Assembly (NCBI GenBank): GCA_037379345.1
Contig: CM074522.1
Span: 37,949,288 to 38,013,287, forward strand
Length of the DNA: 64,000 nucleotides
Reading direction: 5' to 3'
Source: Perna viridis
Taxonomy: Eukaryota
Of this stretch, positions 1 through 15,400 are shown piece after piece. The translations under genes and the position numbers were made by a program. Position 1 is the first letter of the stretch; every line of letters starts with the position of its first letter. Below the pieces are notes generated by a model. It had not been told where the DNA came from, did no database searches, and saw nothing but the letters and a program-made list of their open reading frames with translations.

Positions 1-437
1 CCATATATTAAGTTTGTTGATTTGCAACTTAAGTCATCGTGACTTCTTGTATGGGAGGTTTTGTTCGTAAGGGAACTGGAGAAGTAAGGGTCGGTTATAC
101 GAATGTTGCATGTTTTGCAATATTTAATACCACATTTTGATATGGTACAATGTGGTTCGCCATCGTTGTAGTCAAATATATCGTTTAAAGTGATGGAACA
201 TGCTTTGATAATTTTAAAATAGTCAGAATTTTTGTACTGGAATAGATGGTCTGCAGACTGAACGTGTGATATGGTACTTCTAGTTGAATTGGTAGGGGCA
301 CTTTCCATACCAGATTTGAGTGTGCTAAGATTCCCATCTGGGGACACCACATAATTACAAGACAACAGAGTGTCCGATCTGCTGTCAGGTTCGGACCTTT
401 TTATACTGGGCGACGTCCGAGACAGTTTTTCTTTCAT
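1..437 (-). mobile_element. 5' part of a Naiad-type Penelope-like retroelement ORF (N-terminal Cys-rich/GIY-YIG endonuclease region); open to the left edge of the window
   Basis: Manual translation from ATG at 437 gives 145 stop-free codons: MKEKLSRTSPS...HCTISKCGIKYCKTCNIRITDPYFSSSLTNKTSHTRSHDDLSCKSTNLIYG. The C..CxxC...F.S..T.K...L.C.S.N.IY pattern is the start of a PLE GIY-YIG domain. It is missing from the ORF track because there is no stop in the window. Confidence 0.75.
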
Positions 438-2123
438 TCCTCTTGTTTTCGCTATTAGGTGTAAAATCTGCTTTTATATATTTAGTATGACATTTTAGCT
501 CGAATTTCTATCATGCTAACTTAATTAAAACCGCCAATCTCTAGACCAGAAAAACCTTCATGGATAGTCCAAGAATACCGGTGTATGTTGATCGCAGCCG
601 TCATCGTTGAAATTAAGTAGATTTTCATGCCATTATCATCGGCCCTGTGGTAAAATCATAACACAGTGACTGATAAAAATGGCATAGTATTCTACAAAGT
701 CAGTAGCACATCCTCAAACAGGAATATCTAACAACCGGAATTAATCTCCAGAATAGCGCAAGCTAAATGTGATAGCGTCTCTTCTTTTCATATTTCAAGA
801 GAAACAATCAGAATTACTGAATCACTCTATTAAATAATTAGCATCTATCTCCTTCTTGGTATTACATATGTAGCTAGTTACCTGGTACGCTCATGTCATA
901 AATGCGCACTCATATTCTATATATTAAAGTATGCATGCACTACATATATATGTAACATGCACCTTTATTCTAATGTGTTCATAAAAAGAATCCATTTAGT
1001 ATATATTCACGTGGAAAGGTGAACTAGAGGAAAAAAGTCAGTTTCTGCATTCGCAGTGAAAATAAACCAAGACGAACAACTGATTCTTTATAAAAGGTTT
1101 GGGTGAAAAACAGAAGGTAAGGACAGAAATCGTGAAAAAATAAACGTGAGATAGGTATACAATGTAACACGTCATATACAAATCACGTGGTCTTTAATCT
1201 GTCACCTGACAAACGAACGTTCGTTGTAAACTTACATTTGTAGATGTTGTAATAGAGCTAATTCATATGAAGCGATTTCCTGGTTAAAGAAACCATATTT
1301 GATAGGCTAAGCCTTTTAGTCAAATCGACTATACTTATATGTACTTATATATATGTGATGTGTTATCTCCCGTCGACACGGATAAAACACGAGTACCGGG
1401 AAGTGACAGTCCAGGAAAAAATCAATTTTAATTGAGAATACCTCTGACATCTGTTGTCATCGATCGGTACTTAGTAACCTAACCTAATCAAGTCGAAATG
1501 AAACTTGAGTTACCGTTCTTAGTCTAATTCACACCCTTTCCTCTCCAACAAGAACTTAATACTTCAGCACAACAAGAACTCACTTAGAAGGCGAATGACA
1601 TAAAATGTAAAGTCCAGGGCAGTAAATATTAGTAGACTGGCCATATCACAAGTTATGATCCTGATGACAACCCTGGAAGAACAGCATCCAGTAGGTGAAA
1701 GATAAAACAACTACTATACAAAACCAGCCCTTTACATTAAGTAGACACTAGATGTTTACCCTAAAACAAAACACACAGGAAACGTCAAAATACTGTTACA
1801 GTTCTAACCTTTAGCTGACAATTTGTCAAATAATCTACCTACCAATCTGTTGACATTAAACCCGTTTTAAGCCTCATCAATCAATCACTGCAGTAAAAGC
1901 GACGCAGCGACTGACGGATAGGGCAAAGAACAGACCCAAATTTCTCACACAAAGATCCCAATTGACCACAAGAAACAACCCGTGTCATTTCCGTACATTT
2001 GTACATAAACAGCACTGCACAGGTACATAAATACCTAAGAGCTCCAAATGGTGTAAACAAGTAAAATTTATACATATCCGCGCACAAAAAAATCTTACCC
2101 AACTTTTATCTAGTGCAATACAA

Positions 2124-2235
2124 ATTATTCTCTACCCGACTTCTGTCTAGTAGAATACAGATTATTCTTTACCCGACTTCTGTCTAGTAGAATACAGATT
2201 ATTCCGACTTCTGTCTAGTAGAATACAGATTATTT
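2124..2235. repeat. Short tandem repeat, ~36-bp unit x3
   Basis: ccgacttctgtctagtagaatacagattatt occurs three times. Confidence 0.85.
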
Positions 2236-4105
2236 TCTTAAAGAGGAGAATCAATATCATTTTCACAACTTTACTGACATACAAACACTATACATATATG
2301 ACTATCAGACACCTACCCTATCAACACTCAAACATGTAAAGATTTGAAGCAGTAGCTATGATGCACAATCCGTGCATGCAGATTTAACCACAAATATGTG
2401 TTCCAATCATTAACTATGACGCATACGCTCACTTGATTTCTCTCTCATTTAACGCAACCAATAAAGCGGCGGAATATCAAAACTTAAAAAAAAAAGAATC
2501 TATACAATGTTTAATCCGACACTGGTACGACCGTTCCCGATCGATAGGTGGAGACCCGAACAACATGTATGTAACTTCCACGAAATACTTAGGCAAATAT
2601 ATCGCTTACCCAATGGTCACTTCCTAAGCAAATTGAACAGTTTAAAACTGAACGAATACCTTTAAAACGATTTATAGTTTTTTTTCCGTTTTCTTTTATA
2701 TTTCCAAATATAGTAACATTTTCGGTGTTTTGATTGCATCTTTCAAAGTCTTTGTAAATGTAAATATTCTCATTTCTAAGTAAAAATTCAATGACAATAC
2801 ACAGAGGCGGAAACTGGGGTTATAAAGACCACCAACTTGCGTAACTAATATCACGAAACAAATATAAATTGAAATATTGACATAGTTGGGAGAAAAATAT
2901 TTTCGCAGAACCGATTGTCCTGGAATTTTGACAAAAGACACCTACATCACTAATCAACTGCGTCATACTCCGAATAAACAAGAATGTGGATTTTGCGTAA
3001 CTACAGATATGAACACTGCGTCGATGGGACACAGATCCACAAATAAAGCGTCTTCTGAGTGTTTGCCATGAAAACTGCAAATAGTAACTTGCTCTATAGT
3101 CAATGTCTCGATACATACACTATCAAACGCCATCTAAAACTATTCTAAATGAAAAAAATAAATGATTATATTATGTTCAACGCCTTAAAAAGAGAATTTA
3201 TACATGTACCAACTTCTGTTATTCATAAATACATGCATGTTCTTTTTTTTTTAAAGCGCTTACTCTCTTTTACAAGCATGCATATAGTTTTTTATGATCT
3301 TGATAATATTCACGCATTGATAATTGTTTGAATTTTCTAAAACCTCAAACAATGCACAATTACGAAGATAACATTCAAAAGTAAGTACCGTTTTCTAAAT
3401 ATATATAAAAAAATCATTATTACCCAAAGAAATAGCAAACAAGGTCGGCCTGACCCAGAACGTGACATTGAAATTAACTCAGACGACACCGGAATATCGC
3501 CACGTGCGACCGAGAACGACACTACTACACTAAATATGTACCAGTCACTTGAAATGTTAGTTTTAACAAATAGGCATGTCGGTAAAATGAAGAACAAAGA
3601 GAATTCTGATAATTGTACTAAATTGACTTTTGAAAAGTACACAAAGGATTTAACTTGATATGGTTTATACACAAAACAGGAAGCGATTATTGATAGTATT
3701 GTTTGAACGATATGCAGAGATCCTACAATTTGCACCCATCCCTTAGTTTCATGTGTAAACTAGATTTTCCTAAAACTGATATGGACGAACCCTACATTTA
3801 AGAGTCTAATAAATACACGTGGACGGAATATATGTTGCCCTATTTAATGACGTCCACGCTCATAGAATTTGGACTGAATATATGTTGCTTTGCGTTGCTT
3901 TTCATGTTTTCTAGTTCATATATCATTGCTCTTTACTATTTGCGGTACTGAACTTTGTTTTGCCACCCGTCCCAGTGATGTCTCCGATTAAAAAAAAGGA
4001 CACTAACTCAATTTTCTGTTTTGATCTTTAAAAAAATTATACATTTACACCTGTTGCCCCAGTTTCGTACAATTTTATCAAACCTACTACGTATCACTTA
4101 ATTGA

Positions 4106-4192
4106 AAGGGATGGGCTTTCAATACAAAGAGAACATACAGGGATGGGCGTTCAATACAAAGGGAACATAAAGGGATAGGCTTTCAATATAAA
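4106..4192. repeat. Short tandem repeat, ~32-bp unit x~3
   Basis: agggatgggctttcaatacaaagagaacata with variants. Confidence 0.8.
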
Positions 4193-7100
4193 GATCATTA
4201 TAAAAATCTGCTATAAAAATTACTTGTTTGCTTCAGCCGCAGACGTCATTTATGTTTTTTAGCCCAAACAATATTAATGTGATAAAAAAAATGCAATAAA
4301 CTTCTGAAACTTTTACAATTACGCTTCAGATTACGCTCCCGGAAATCGGTACTCAAATATAAAGTGTGAATTATAGGGTATAAAATCAGTGGTATGAACT
4401 TTCTGTTCTAATTTAATCAATAGTTAAACTAAGCCATTACACGTTTCACATTAAATCGGTCAAGTTCAGGCAGACTAAACTAGAATCATAAACATTAAAA
4501 AAAGAAACAAAGATCTTACCTTAGTTGATACTTTGCCCTTTGTCTTCGCCTTGTGTCTAATTAATAACAGGTTATTTTCTCACCGAGTTCATTCACGAAC
4601 ATTCTCTCCATCCATTCACGTTTCTAATCGACATTACTACGGACGCCCACGCTAACTATTCTCCATACTAACACATTATATAGTTACCTACTAGGAGATA
4701 TTCGATCACAAATACAAATGCCTACGATTTTCATATTTTACAAATTATATACACATATCTACGGTTGATGTCGCTCGTCGATATTACCTTTTTGTAAACA
4801 AGAATGCGTCATAAAAGTCCTTTACGTTTACAATTTTAATATTCGTTCACAAGAAGATAGACGTCTGATAAATAATTCGAATTCTTCACATAAATTTTGA
4901 TTTAAAGATTTCAATGGAAAATTATTCATTCCTTCCATTCATGAATGAAATGTACAACCAGTCATGAATGAAATGTACAACTGTGTCATGTTGCTCTTAC
5001 GCAGAACATCCATTATTCATTCATAAAAACATTTCAATGAATTAGACATAGTTTTGCTAATATTTTCCTTACATCACACGTAGATAAAATAATTAGTGAC
5101 GGTGGTGGTACTAGCATTATATGAAAAATTAATCTTTCAAAACTGCAAAGTCATACATCATATTCTCTGAAGTATCCACAGAATAATGAGTTAAAATGTC
5201 TCCCTACATTCTTCAACATTTCAAGTAAACATCCTCGGAAAAAATGTCTAAAATCTAAAATTATATCATTGACATTCATTTTCATGTAAGTATATATTCA
5301 AACATTCTAAGCTAATCCAAAATTCACAAAGCTATTAAGGCGAAGAAAATACAAGAAAATCATCTCAATTAATAAAATATTATATTTACACAACCTTGTA
5401 ACAAAAAACCTCATCTATAAAGAAAATATTCACAATTTAAAAAGAAGTAAAATTATTACGCACTGGCCTTACTCCATGTACATAACCGAATGAAATTTAA
5501 AATATTTATCACCTCTATAAATACATAATCGCATGCAAACATACACCTATCCTTAAATGACTGGTCTGAACTTGACCTTTCATACTATAATTAAGTTCAA
5601 TAAAATAAAAACGGTTGGCACCCGAAAAAAGTAATTTCAAAATTATTGAAAAGATGCGCGTGTGGTGTTCATGTCTGTTCGACAGATGTTCTTCCATTCA
5701 CTTTCGTATCTTTTGCACTCAGGAAATTTTTTGAACACCTTTAATATCTAGCCTGGAGCAATCCCTTCTAAACCACAAGTAGACATTTTCTTTCAAACAT
5801 TCAGCGGAAAAGAATGTTTCCTTTATGACTGTGACCACACAAAGACTTTCGGCAAACACTCGTCACAGACCTAAAATATGTCGTTATATCTGCAATTGGG
5901 TGAATTTAAATTTTAGAGCCTTTATCACCTTGTTTTAAATAAAGAAGCTATTAAATGTACATTTCGAATTTAACCAGTTTCTTGTTCACCCCTTTGATGT
6001 GGTTAATCGCCATCCTCATGGCACTCCTTATTCCAGACTCCACACAAACAAAGAAAATCTAGCTGGGATAGTGTTTCTTTTCTCTGCCGTCGCTAAGTAG
6101 ATTTAGATTGTATAATAATTAATTTATGAGACAAAAGCAGAGTTCATCTGTTGAATAAATCATTGATGTTCACTGAACGAAATTATATATGTCAATGCAT
6201 TGCAGCATCATCAATGCAGAGATCGGTTTATTGTCTTGGAATTTTTAGACACTCAATATCCCCAGGCTTGATTCATGAATAATATAAAGTAGACTAAGCA
6301 AAAAAATACATTTCAATTACATAAGTGAAAAAATTTATGAACCGTTTTTATTTATGAATGATCCCGAATGACCATTTAAATGATCAAGTATAACTGTACA
6401 AAATATTTAATCCCTCTCAAATCGTTAAAGACGTATATATACATGCACCAATATTATCGAATCTTTTTGTCTGCCTTCAGTATCCTTAAAGTAAATAATC
6501 CGGAAGTAAATATATTAGTTATTGACGTCATTCGATACACTTATAAAATATATTTTGGGCGGTCGCATCTAAAAAGAATGTCACATTCCGTCTGCAGATT
6601 TCAGGTATGGAATTTCGACAAGGTATGAACAGTTTTGACCTTCAGACTTAAATAAATACGAAATTTTGTCTAGCGAAATTAATTTCGTCATTAATATATC
6701 ACGTGATCGTCTGCTACCTACTTCCTTTCTGTGTTTTAGAATGGGATTTTAATTTGTAGTACAGGTCATTTTACAACTAATGAAGATAACCCTTTATACT
6801 AATATCACCGCAGGCAATTTATTAATTGACTGTTAAGGTAATAACTCAAAGAAGGCGCCCTTCAGCTTCCATGGGTCGTACAAATGGACCTAATGTCAGC
6901 CTTAGTGTTAAGTACACTTTGACACCAAGATATGACTCAAATTACATCTATGAATGCGTCACAAAAATGTGCATCAGGTGCACCCTAAATATCTGTACAT
7001 AAATGGGACAAAATGACATAATGGCACAAATAAATAACTGCACAACATGTAACAAACTGGTAAGTGTTTCATCTGTCGAGACCGCATAGTCAAACTTCAG

Positions 7101-10100
7101 TGATAATGATTCGTTGTTTAAGGCACTAATTGAAATGATTAAACCCTTCAACAGACTATTTTTTGTTGTTGGATTAACTTAGTGCGTTTATTAGTTATAT
7201 AAGGATGATTTTAAAATATAGACAACCACTTATATCTTAGAATTTCATTCCGTATACTCCATCATCAATATGACTGTTCCCTATACCTTTTTTCAAATTT
7301 AAGTTCAGAAGCAATTACGTAGTTACACTAGGTTTCATACTGATTCATCTATTAAAGCTGGTAGGAAATAACACGTGTTATGTAAAAATTTTATTGATAA
7401 AGTATATGAATAAAGTTCGTGAGTTTATGAAAAGATCTAAAGAATGTGATGTCGATAGATTCCTGTTATTTTCTATTGCAAATATACATAAAATAATGTT
7501 GTAAACGAAATTAAGTGCAACTAAAAGCCACAATAGGTGCGGATACAGAGATTGTGAAAAAGGGTTATCCAAGGAAAGAAGGTAATCTTTCAAAAAGGAG
7601 AGTTCCAACCCCCAGACACCCCTTGTATCTGTCACTTTAAAGTCACTTTGGTTTGTTTAACAATCATTGTGTTTCTCTTAAAATTATAACTTTGTAGAAC
7701 AAATGTAATAGATTGATTTATAATTGACCGGACTTATAAGACATACATCATGATTAGAACAACACGTTATGTCCTCTACAACGATTTAACTTCGTATACA
7801 AACCTTCCAATAAGACAGAAGTATAAGCACATTATGACGTAGTAACGGTCCTATGAACATTAAATATACTATTTGTCATGAAAATAGTATATATATAGGA
7901 AACAGATAATGATATAAGAAAAGAAAGTATGGAACATTTTATACATAAATATTTTCTATACACATAATAATTGTTTTGTTACTACAATGATCAAGACATT
8001 ATATTTTCTTTTTTTTTCAACAAAATCAACAAACCTTTACTAACGTTGAGTAACTTTGAGTAGTTGTGTAAACTTCCTCCGTTTAAATTGACGATCTCTG
8101 TAACTTCTGTTGTGTCCTTTCTAACCGGGGCTTGGTTTCATATTCCTACGCCGTTTTATTTATAATAATCCCAAGTAAAACCTTTCATTCTGCCACGAGG
8201 TTTCTTCAGCTATTAGTCTTCGGTTCCTTTCAGTTTCTGTTTTCGGAGTGACAGTGATCCTCATATATACACCTGTGAGACAAAGCAAACAAATTCCGTT
8301 TTTAAGGAAGGTTTGATCCGCATTGTAATTCATCGATTCTTACTCGATTAAAGAAATATGTTTGATCTTGAGCACATTTAGTCATTTAAGGAAGATAGAA
8401 AATTAAAACATTACGTAGGAGTGGCTTGGAGTCAACAAGCTCATTACCTGAATACAATTGTATTCTCAATAAGGAGCATTCAATTAATTAGACATTTATA
8501 CACATTTTAAATCACTTGAAGTTTAAGTAGTGTGTGCTGTCTTTTACCTTGGGCAAAGGTACAATGGATTTAATAAGGACAATAAAAAACTATCTTCTCT
8601 TTATAATAACGAGAAATCGATAGACTTACTAATACATGATTCAAAATCTGCAACTGTAATGCATTGCAAAAATCGGGTAGATTGCACCCAATGACTTGAA
8701 AATCTGAGTGAAAATCTGATTCACAAAGACTTTGCAGAAACCGTATTGGTTTAACATATTATTATTTTATAAAGTCTGAATGTGGTTTATTATTAAATGC
8801 AAATTTCCAAGGAGTGCTAAAATGGCCTTGCGAAGATTAGTATAACACATGCTAAGATAGAGAAAATTCAATGGAAAATGTTTTTGTACTTAATACACTA
8901 AAGACGACTCATGTAGAATATAGTATTACAATTAGCCGCATTATCCGACATGCAATGGAACATATAGTAAGGTGTGCAACCTGAACATAAAGAAAAGCAA
9001 TTGTCAAATGAGTAAGAGACGAGTCGATACAGAGGAACGGAGTGACATTGCATTGTCAAGTACTGAAATTTAAGTACTAAAATTATGAGTTAAAATAAAG
9101 GTCAAGTTTTGGTAAGACTTTAAATCAGAATTTCAAAACGAAGGACATAGACCACATAAAAATATCAACCTGTTTAAAAGGCAGTATAAGAGCCTTGTCC
9201 ATCAAATAGACATGAAAAGACCAAGTACTATAGACCAATGTATGTTCTACGGTGTAATCAAGAGCGGAAATCAAAGGAATATATTCCGAGAAAAAAGACA
9301 AGAAAGGGGAAAATAGACACATAAGGCAAGGTAAATGAAATAAACAAAACAAGAGAAAAAACATCATTATATTAACAACACTCTACTGTACCTTACAGTA
9401 TGTATTTCTGCAGAGCACACGTCAGATCACACAAGGCACCAAGCTTCTGTAAACTTTTTCAAAGAATGTCGCATCATTGCAAATTAACTGCATCATATAT
9501 CACATTCGCACATGCATTTTTTTTGTGCTAAAATATCCTTATATAAACAGTTGCCGTTTTGGTGCACAAACTGTCAACAAGTGTCAATTATCATGTGACA
9601 CGTTATACAATATGAGAAACAAACAGTACCCACACCTGCAGGGTTCGGCTCCCACCAGGGGTCATGGCAATCGTTCCGAATTAGGAATCATGGGAACGCA
9701 TTCAGGTCTGTTGAATGGTTGCTGACATCAGCATGTTGCACTGTTTTGATATTATATTCGAAGAATGGAAAACAGGGGCAACGTCTAAACTGTGTTGTGC
9801 CAGATGTCTAAAATGTTTAGCTTCCCTAGACTTCCTAATTTTCCAATTAAGGTGGGATTTTAGTTGTCTGAAAATGGATTATATTTTATGGCCAATGACA
9901 TAACAAGGTTTTAAGTCTTTGTAATCTAAAAATTACTACTCTGTTATCATTTTTGTCAAAAATAAATAAACGAAAATGAAATAAAATGAATTAAATTAAA
10001 TTAAAATAATATAAAACAAATCTTCGCGTAAAAGTTAAACTGTCTTAGTTGAGTTGTGTGCAAAGCGACAAGGTAAATCGGATATATTTTCGTTCAATCG

Positions 10101-12278
10101 AATTGTTTCAACATTTATTTAAGCACATCAGTTTTAAAAAAACTACAGGAGGAAGATTATGAATAAATAATAAAGTCACATTAAAGTAGAAGTGTTACTT
10201 AGGGCAAGTACATGCACGAACACGCAATAAACTAAAAAAAAAAAAGAAATGTACACTTGAAAGTCACAAAAATAAGACGATTTTTTGTGTACGTTTAAAC
10301 TAATTCATTTTTTTGTTATTTTGGTATTTCAAAAGTGTTTTGCCCACAGACTTCATTATGATATTTTAATGTCGGACATAAGACAATAATAGTTAGTTCG
10401 TTGATTTGTCCACAATACAAGTAAAACTAATTAACACTTGAAAATAAGGAGTGCATCTTATTTAACACAATGCAGAATATGATGTTTACTTTACCGCAGT
10501 CTGAATATTTACAGAAAACCGAAGGAAGACGGGATATGCGTCTTTCCGCTAGTTTGACGTAAAGAGACAACAAACACTTGTGGCCTTGTCGTCATTGTGT
10601 TCCATAAAATTTAGAGTAAAATCACATTTACATAGAAATATTAAAAATAGTAACCTTAGCATGTAGAAAGTATAAAAGTTTGGAAGACTCTGCTTATTGT
10701 ATGCAGTGATTGTGATTAGAAGGGACACGAGCCATTATCACATTCCAGCAGAAAATGTCCAAACAAAATTTATATGAAACGATAGGAATGATAAAAGAGA
10801 ATGAAATAATTGAAATTCTGAAGAGCATCAAAAACACTTCCTAATATCTGTTTATGTTGACACATTCACAACACATTAAAAGACACGACAAGATACTTAT
10901 ATAAAAATTAATATCCAGCATATAGAAGACACATTTGCCTTTCATAGTAATGACATCATAATTAATCGTATATTTTTTTTCTCCTAGTTATTTCAGTCCG
11001 GACATTTCATTTTCCATTGGTAGCTTTTTGTAGTTGATCTTCTATCTTCTCTCCAATAGTTAAATTTAATTTGATCGTGGTTATTGTCTTCTTGCTGACC
11101 CAAGGCACTTCTGACTAATGATAATGTCGTATTACAGCCCTCTGTACAATTTTTTAAATTTTTTTTCTGTTTACTTTTTGTATTCTTAATTCAAACAAAT
11201 ACTGTTGCTTACGATTTTAAAATTTGTTCATAAAAAACGTGTTACAATTTAATATAAAAAGAAAAAACTCTCGAGGAAAGAAAAAATGATTTACCATTCT
11301 TGTCTTAGTATAAAGAAACAAATACCAAGATTTGTCAACACAAATAAAAAAGAAAGTTCACTGGATATTAGAAGTGCTGCTCATTACCAGTTTTGTTCGA
11401 CCTCTCTTACAGTACAACATTTCTGTCTTTTTTAATCAGTTGTATTTTATTTATTGCTCCGCTGATTTGGTAAATTTGGTGAAAGATGTTATATGGGAAG
11501 ACTCGTCATGTTCTTTGAATTGTTTAATATTTAAATGCTTCTTTGCATGTTGTTTTAAATTCCTTATGTTTTATAATTGGTTTTGTCTCTATACAGAGAA
11601 TCTACAACTATATATCAAATATAACATATCAACGTCAAAAACTTTTGGCAAATGTAGTTAAACACAAATTGGAAGAAGACAAAACTATATGGATTATTGA
11701 ACAATCTTGAAAAATGATGCTTTAGAAAGTAAAATTAATAATATTAAATACAAAAACAATTAAAATCCTGATGGTTCCGGTTCGATACTAGCAGGAATCG
11801 TGATGATTCATATCAGAAATAAACACAATGTACAATGGCTGGGACGATGGTATATTATATTCTAATATTGAAGTTAAAGGTGTTCATTTACTTACGGACA
11901 GGATTATGATCCATATAAATATCTGAAGCCACGAAATGAAGCTTGAATAAAAGGAAAAAAAATATTAAACTGTTAAAATCAAAGGGAAAAAACTCACGAA
12001 AATACAACGAATTAGATAGAAACAAACCGCGGCGGACACTGAAACGAAGTTGAATATGAAAATTAGACTATTACAAAAAATTAAAATGTCGGCAAAAGTA
12101 CCGAAGCGTCAGCAGTGGAATAATTTAAACACGTCAAAATACACAAAAAAATGGCTTAAATTTGAACATATGAAATAGAGACAATCTACATACACACAAT
12201 GTAACGAACCGGATAAAAAAGTTTACACATAAAACTGAAGATAAGGAAAACAAGACGTCACACAAAAAATGAAGCACA

Positions 12279-12430
12279 AGCAATATGAACTCCAAACAAA
12301 TAACCGGGAGTGAAATCAGATGCTCTGGAACAGTAATCATGCTCTGGAACAGTAATCATGCTCTGGAACAGTAATCATGCTCTGGAACAGTAATCATGCT
12401 CTGCTCCAACAGCGAAATCCGTTATATTGT
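12279..12430 (-). mobile_element. Diverged Naiad-type 3'-end motif fragment with an internal 19-bp x4 tandem expansion
   Basis: Reverse complement (repeat collapsed) reads caatataacggat...agcagagcatgattactgttccagagcatctga...actcccgg...ggagttcatattgc, the same layout as the 3' UTR at 34105-34205. atgctctggaacagtaatc is repeated at 12320-12400. Confidence 0.6.
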
Positions 12431-15400
12431 AATATAATACAACAATAAAGCAGTTCCATGACCAGTGTCCAGCACTATTGTCATTAAGGCGAAAAATAAA
12501 ATCGACTAAACATACATGTATGATTATAAGGCCCTAGCGATATAGCTATTGACGTATCCTTGCAAAACTTTTTTTTTGACCTTTGAGGCTGCTGACTAGT
12601 ATTTAGGTGTCTGAACAGAATGATGATAATTCCGATGGCATTTGATTATGACAGATAGTTAAAGAATAATTCAAACAAATAAAAATTAACAATACAAAGA
12701 CACATATATCCCATGTGATAGACGAAGACAAAACATGGCGGATCGAACAGTGACCTCGCCATGGAAGTCTGACTGACATTAACTTAGGACAACGTCCTCT
12801 GTTGACCAGGCATATGCAGGTGTTGTATGGTAATCAAGCATGTACCGACGGGCCAACATGCCATTATATTAGCTATAGTGATAGATTCTCCATTTAGACT
12901 CTCCATGTTCAAGTGTCATCGTTCTCAAGGGTTAGTTCGTATCAGTTAAAGTTTCGGCATATATAATTAATGAGTGATAGATGGAGATACCATTAAGGTC
13001 ACATCTTAAGTATGATTTTCTCCTTAACTTAGAAAGAAGAGATAAGCTTGTGAACATTTATTTTTGATTAATGAAAATTCAAAATCAAAATTCATTTGCA
13101 CATTGTTCATTAGAACTGAACTATATCCTTTAAGTTACTATCTTTTTTTGCTTGGTGACGTCTTATCTTTGTTAAAATAGATGTCTCTCATTTTAATCAT
13201 TTATCTTTGTATCTTTTCTACATGTGAATATTGCACTTCCTTTATATATTTTATCACCCATAATTGGTGACGTAGAAACTATAATTTTTGAAATAATAAT
13301 TTTTACTCTTCTTACTAAATATAAACAAAATATTAAAAAAAATCAAAAAATATAATTCTAGCATGTACTAGTTCCCTCCCCTGATCACATGTGATCAACA
13401 ACTGCAGTTGATATAAAACACCAGACAACAACAAATCGATGCAATTTATTTTAGAAAGCTAAAGAAAAGAGGAAGGCATTTCATCATAAAGTCAATGTGT
13501 CATCATTGATAATTTCGGAAACAATGTATTCAAATTTTAAGTGATAACGTCCGGTTTAATGTCCCAAAAGTTGTACCCGTACGGTTGTTCTTGTCGATAA
13601 TACGAAATACCTTAATAATATTCTCGTTTCGTGACAACATGCATGACATCAATGAGATTTAAGACTGCCAAAATTTACAGTAAAATTGATAGTTATAATA
13701 CTCATACCTTTTAAAGGATCTTTGAGTAAGGAAAAGTAAATTAAAGTAGCTATGTACTATACTATCACAAGGTGGGTTTTATATTTCGAACAAAAGAAAT
13801 AATATTCATTAAAAAACAAGTATTAATTTTCTAATTAGACAGTACGTGTAATACTATTGTCTTAAGAAAACATGTATCAACTATTAGTTAACAATCTATT
13901 TCAACATATTAATAAAAATTATGTTTAATCGTACAACAATACTTACTTCTAGACTGTTCCATCCCAGGCATGGTATATAAAAGTGTAATAGTACAATGAA
14001 CTACTAAACCAGGTCAAACCAATGGGCTTACCGACACTTGGCTTTGTTGTTTAATTAGCCGCATGCTAATTGGTCAGCAGACTGGAAAATTGTTTCAAAT
14101 CGATCAGCTCATAAGGGTGATGGAAAATTTTGCAAGTCATACGACGATTTCGTCATTATACATTTTATAAAACATAGATGAAAATGAAAGATTTAAGATC
14201 ATTCGCTCAATTTCCCCCTTTTTATCGCAGCCTTCAAACTTACCGCCATTAGTGAAACTCGTCCGCCTCACGTGCTTTCTGTCGTCTGAATGAAATGTAA
14301 TTTCCGGATATGGTCTGCTGATAAATAGGCATGCGTAAATGCAGCACTTGACGACCTCCATGTGTTCATTGTCCGGTATGATTGTGCACCATTACACACC
14401 AGTTTGAACATATAACAGCTAGATGTAGAAGTAGGTTAGAGGTTTCTTGTACTTTGGTACATTATACACCTAAAGGTTACAATAGATATATTAAAAATAA
14501 AAATTTGCGAAATTCCAAGATCCATTTTTACAATAAGTGCCAATTGAGTTTTTTTTGCGTCTTAAGTATATATGCTCCTAATATGAAATTTGACCTCGTA
14601 CCTCGGGTCGCATTGCACCATGAAGTCATTACTCATACAGTAAATAGAAGAAAACAAAAACAACATTTATTTAATTTCAATTATAATGGTAGATCGGTCA
14701 ATGACCGATATAACAAAGTCCTGCCGTATGAATAGTAACCTTGTTAAACTTAAATTTCTCATTGTTGAATATCAGACAAAAATGATATCTTCTCTTCAAA
14801 AATATTGGAATTCAATTATGTCTCCCGAGTCACTGACATACTAATGAAGGGTGGTCGACCTCAAAGCTATGCACAATCGGTGTGAGCTGACCATATCGAA
14901 TATTGACTCTGGCGTGAATCCAGTATTGACTAGACACTTAATGTCATGGCTGTCTTATATTTGAAATTTGAAGAAAAAAATTATTCATTAAAAATATGTA
15001 TCCCCAATAAAACCTAGTTTTCAAGTATAAAAATTGACATATCTAACTGATAAGGTGAGCAAAATGCTGACATTAAGTTTAATAAATAGAGTATGCAAGA
15101 CATATATAGACATAAGCTAGAAGTACAGTATATAAATGTATTAATGTTCGTTTCTAGTTTTTACTTTTATTAATCATATTGGAAAATCTATTTTTTGATA
15201 AAAAAAAAATATGAAATCCATGATGTGTACCAGTAACATACAAATTCGTAACCAAAGCATTTCTAATTCAAATGATAGTTTATTTCTGAATTAAACGCTG
15301 AAAATTAAGATAAAAGAAAGACATTTTCCGTGTTAAATGTATTTCGAAAATGTGAAAAGCGGTTCAATCCAGTTTTTATCTAGATATTTTCTTGAACAAT

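Noticed and set aside
7537-7634. Tiny hAT-like MITE remnants (also ~17182-17314 and ~49730-49757)
   Set aside because: TIR-like ends are too decayed and lack TSDs, so boundaries cannot be supported.
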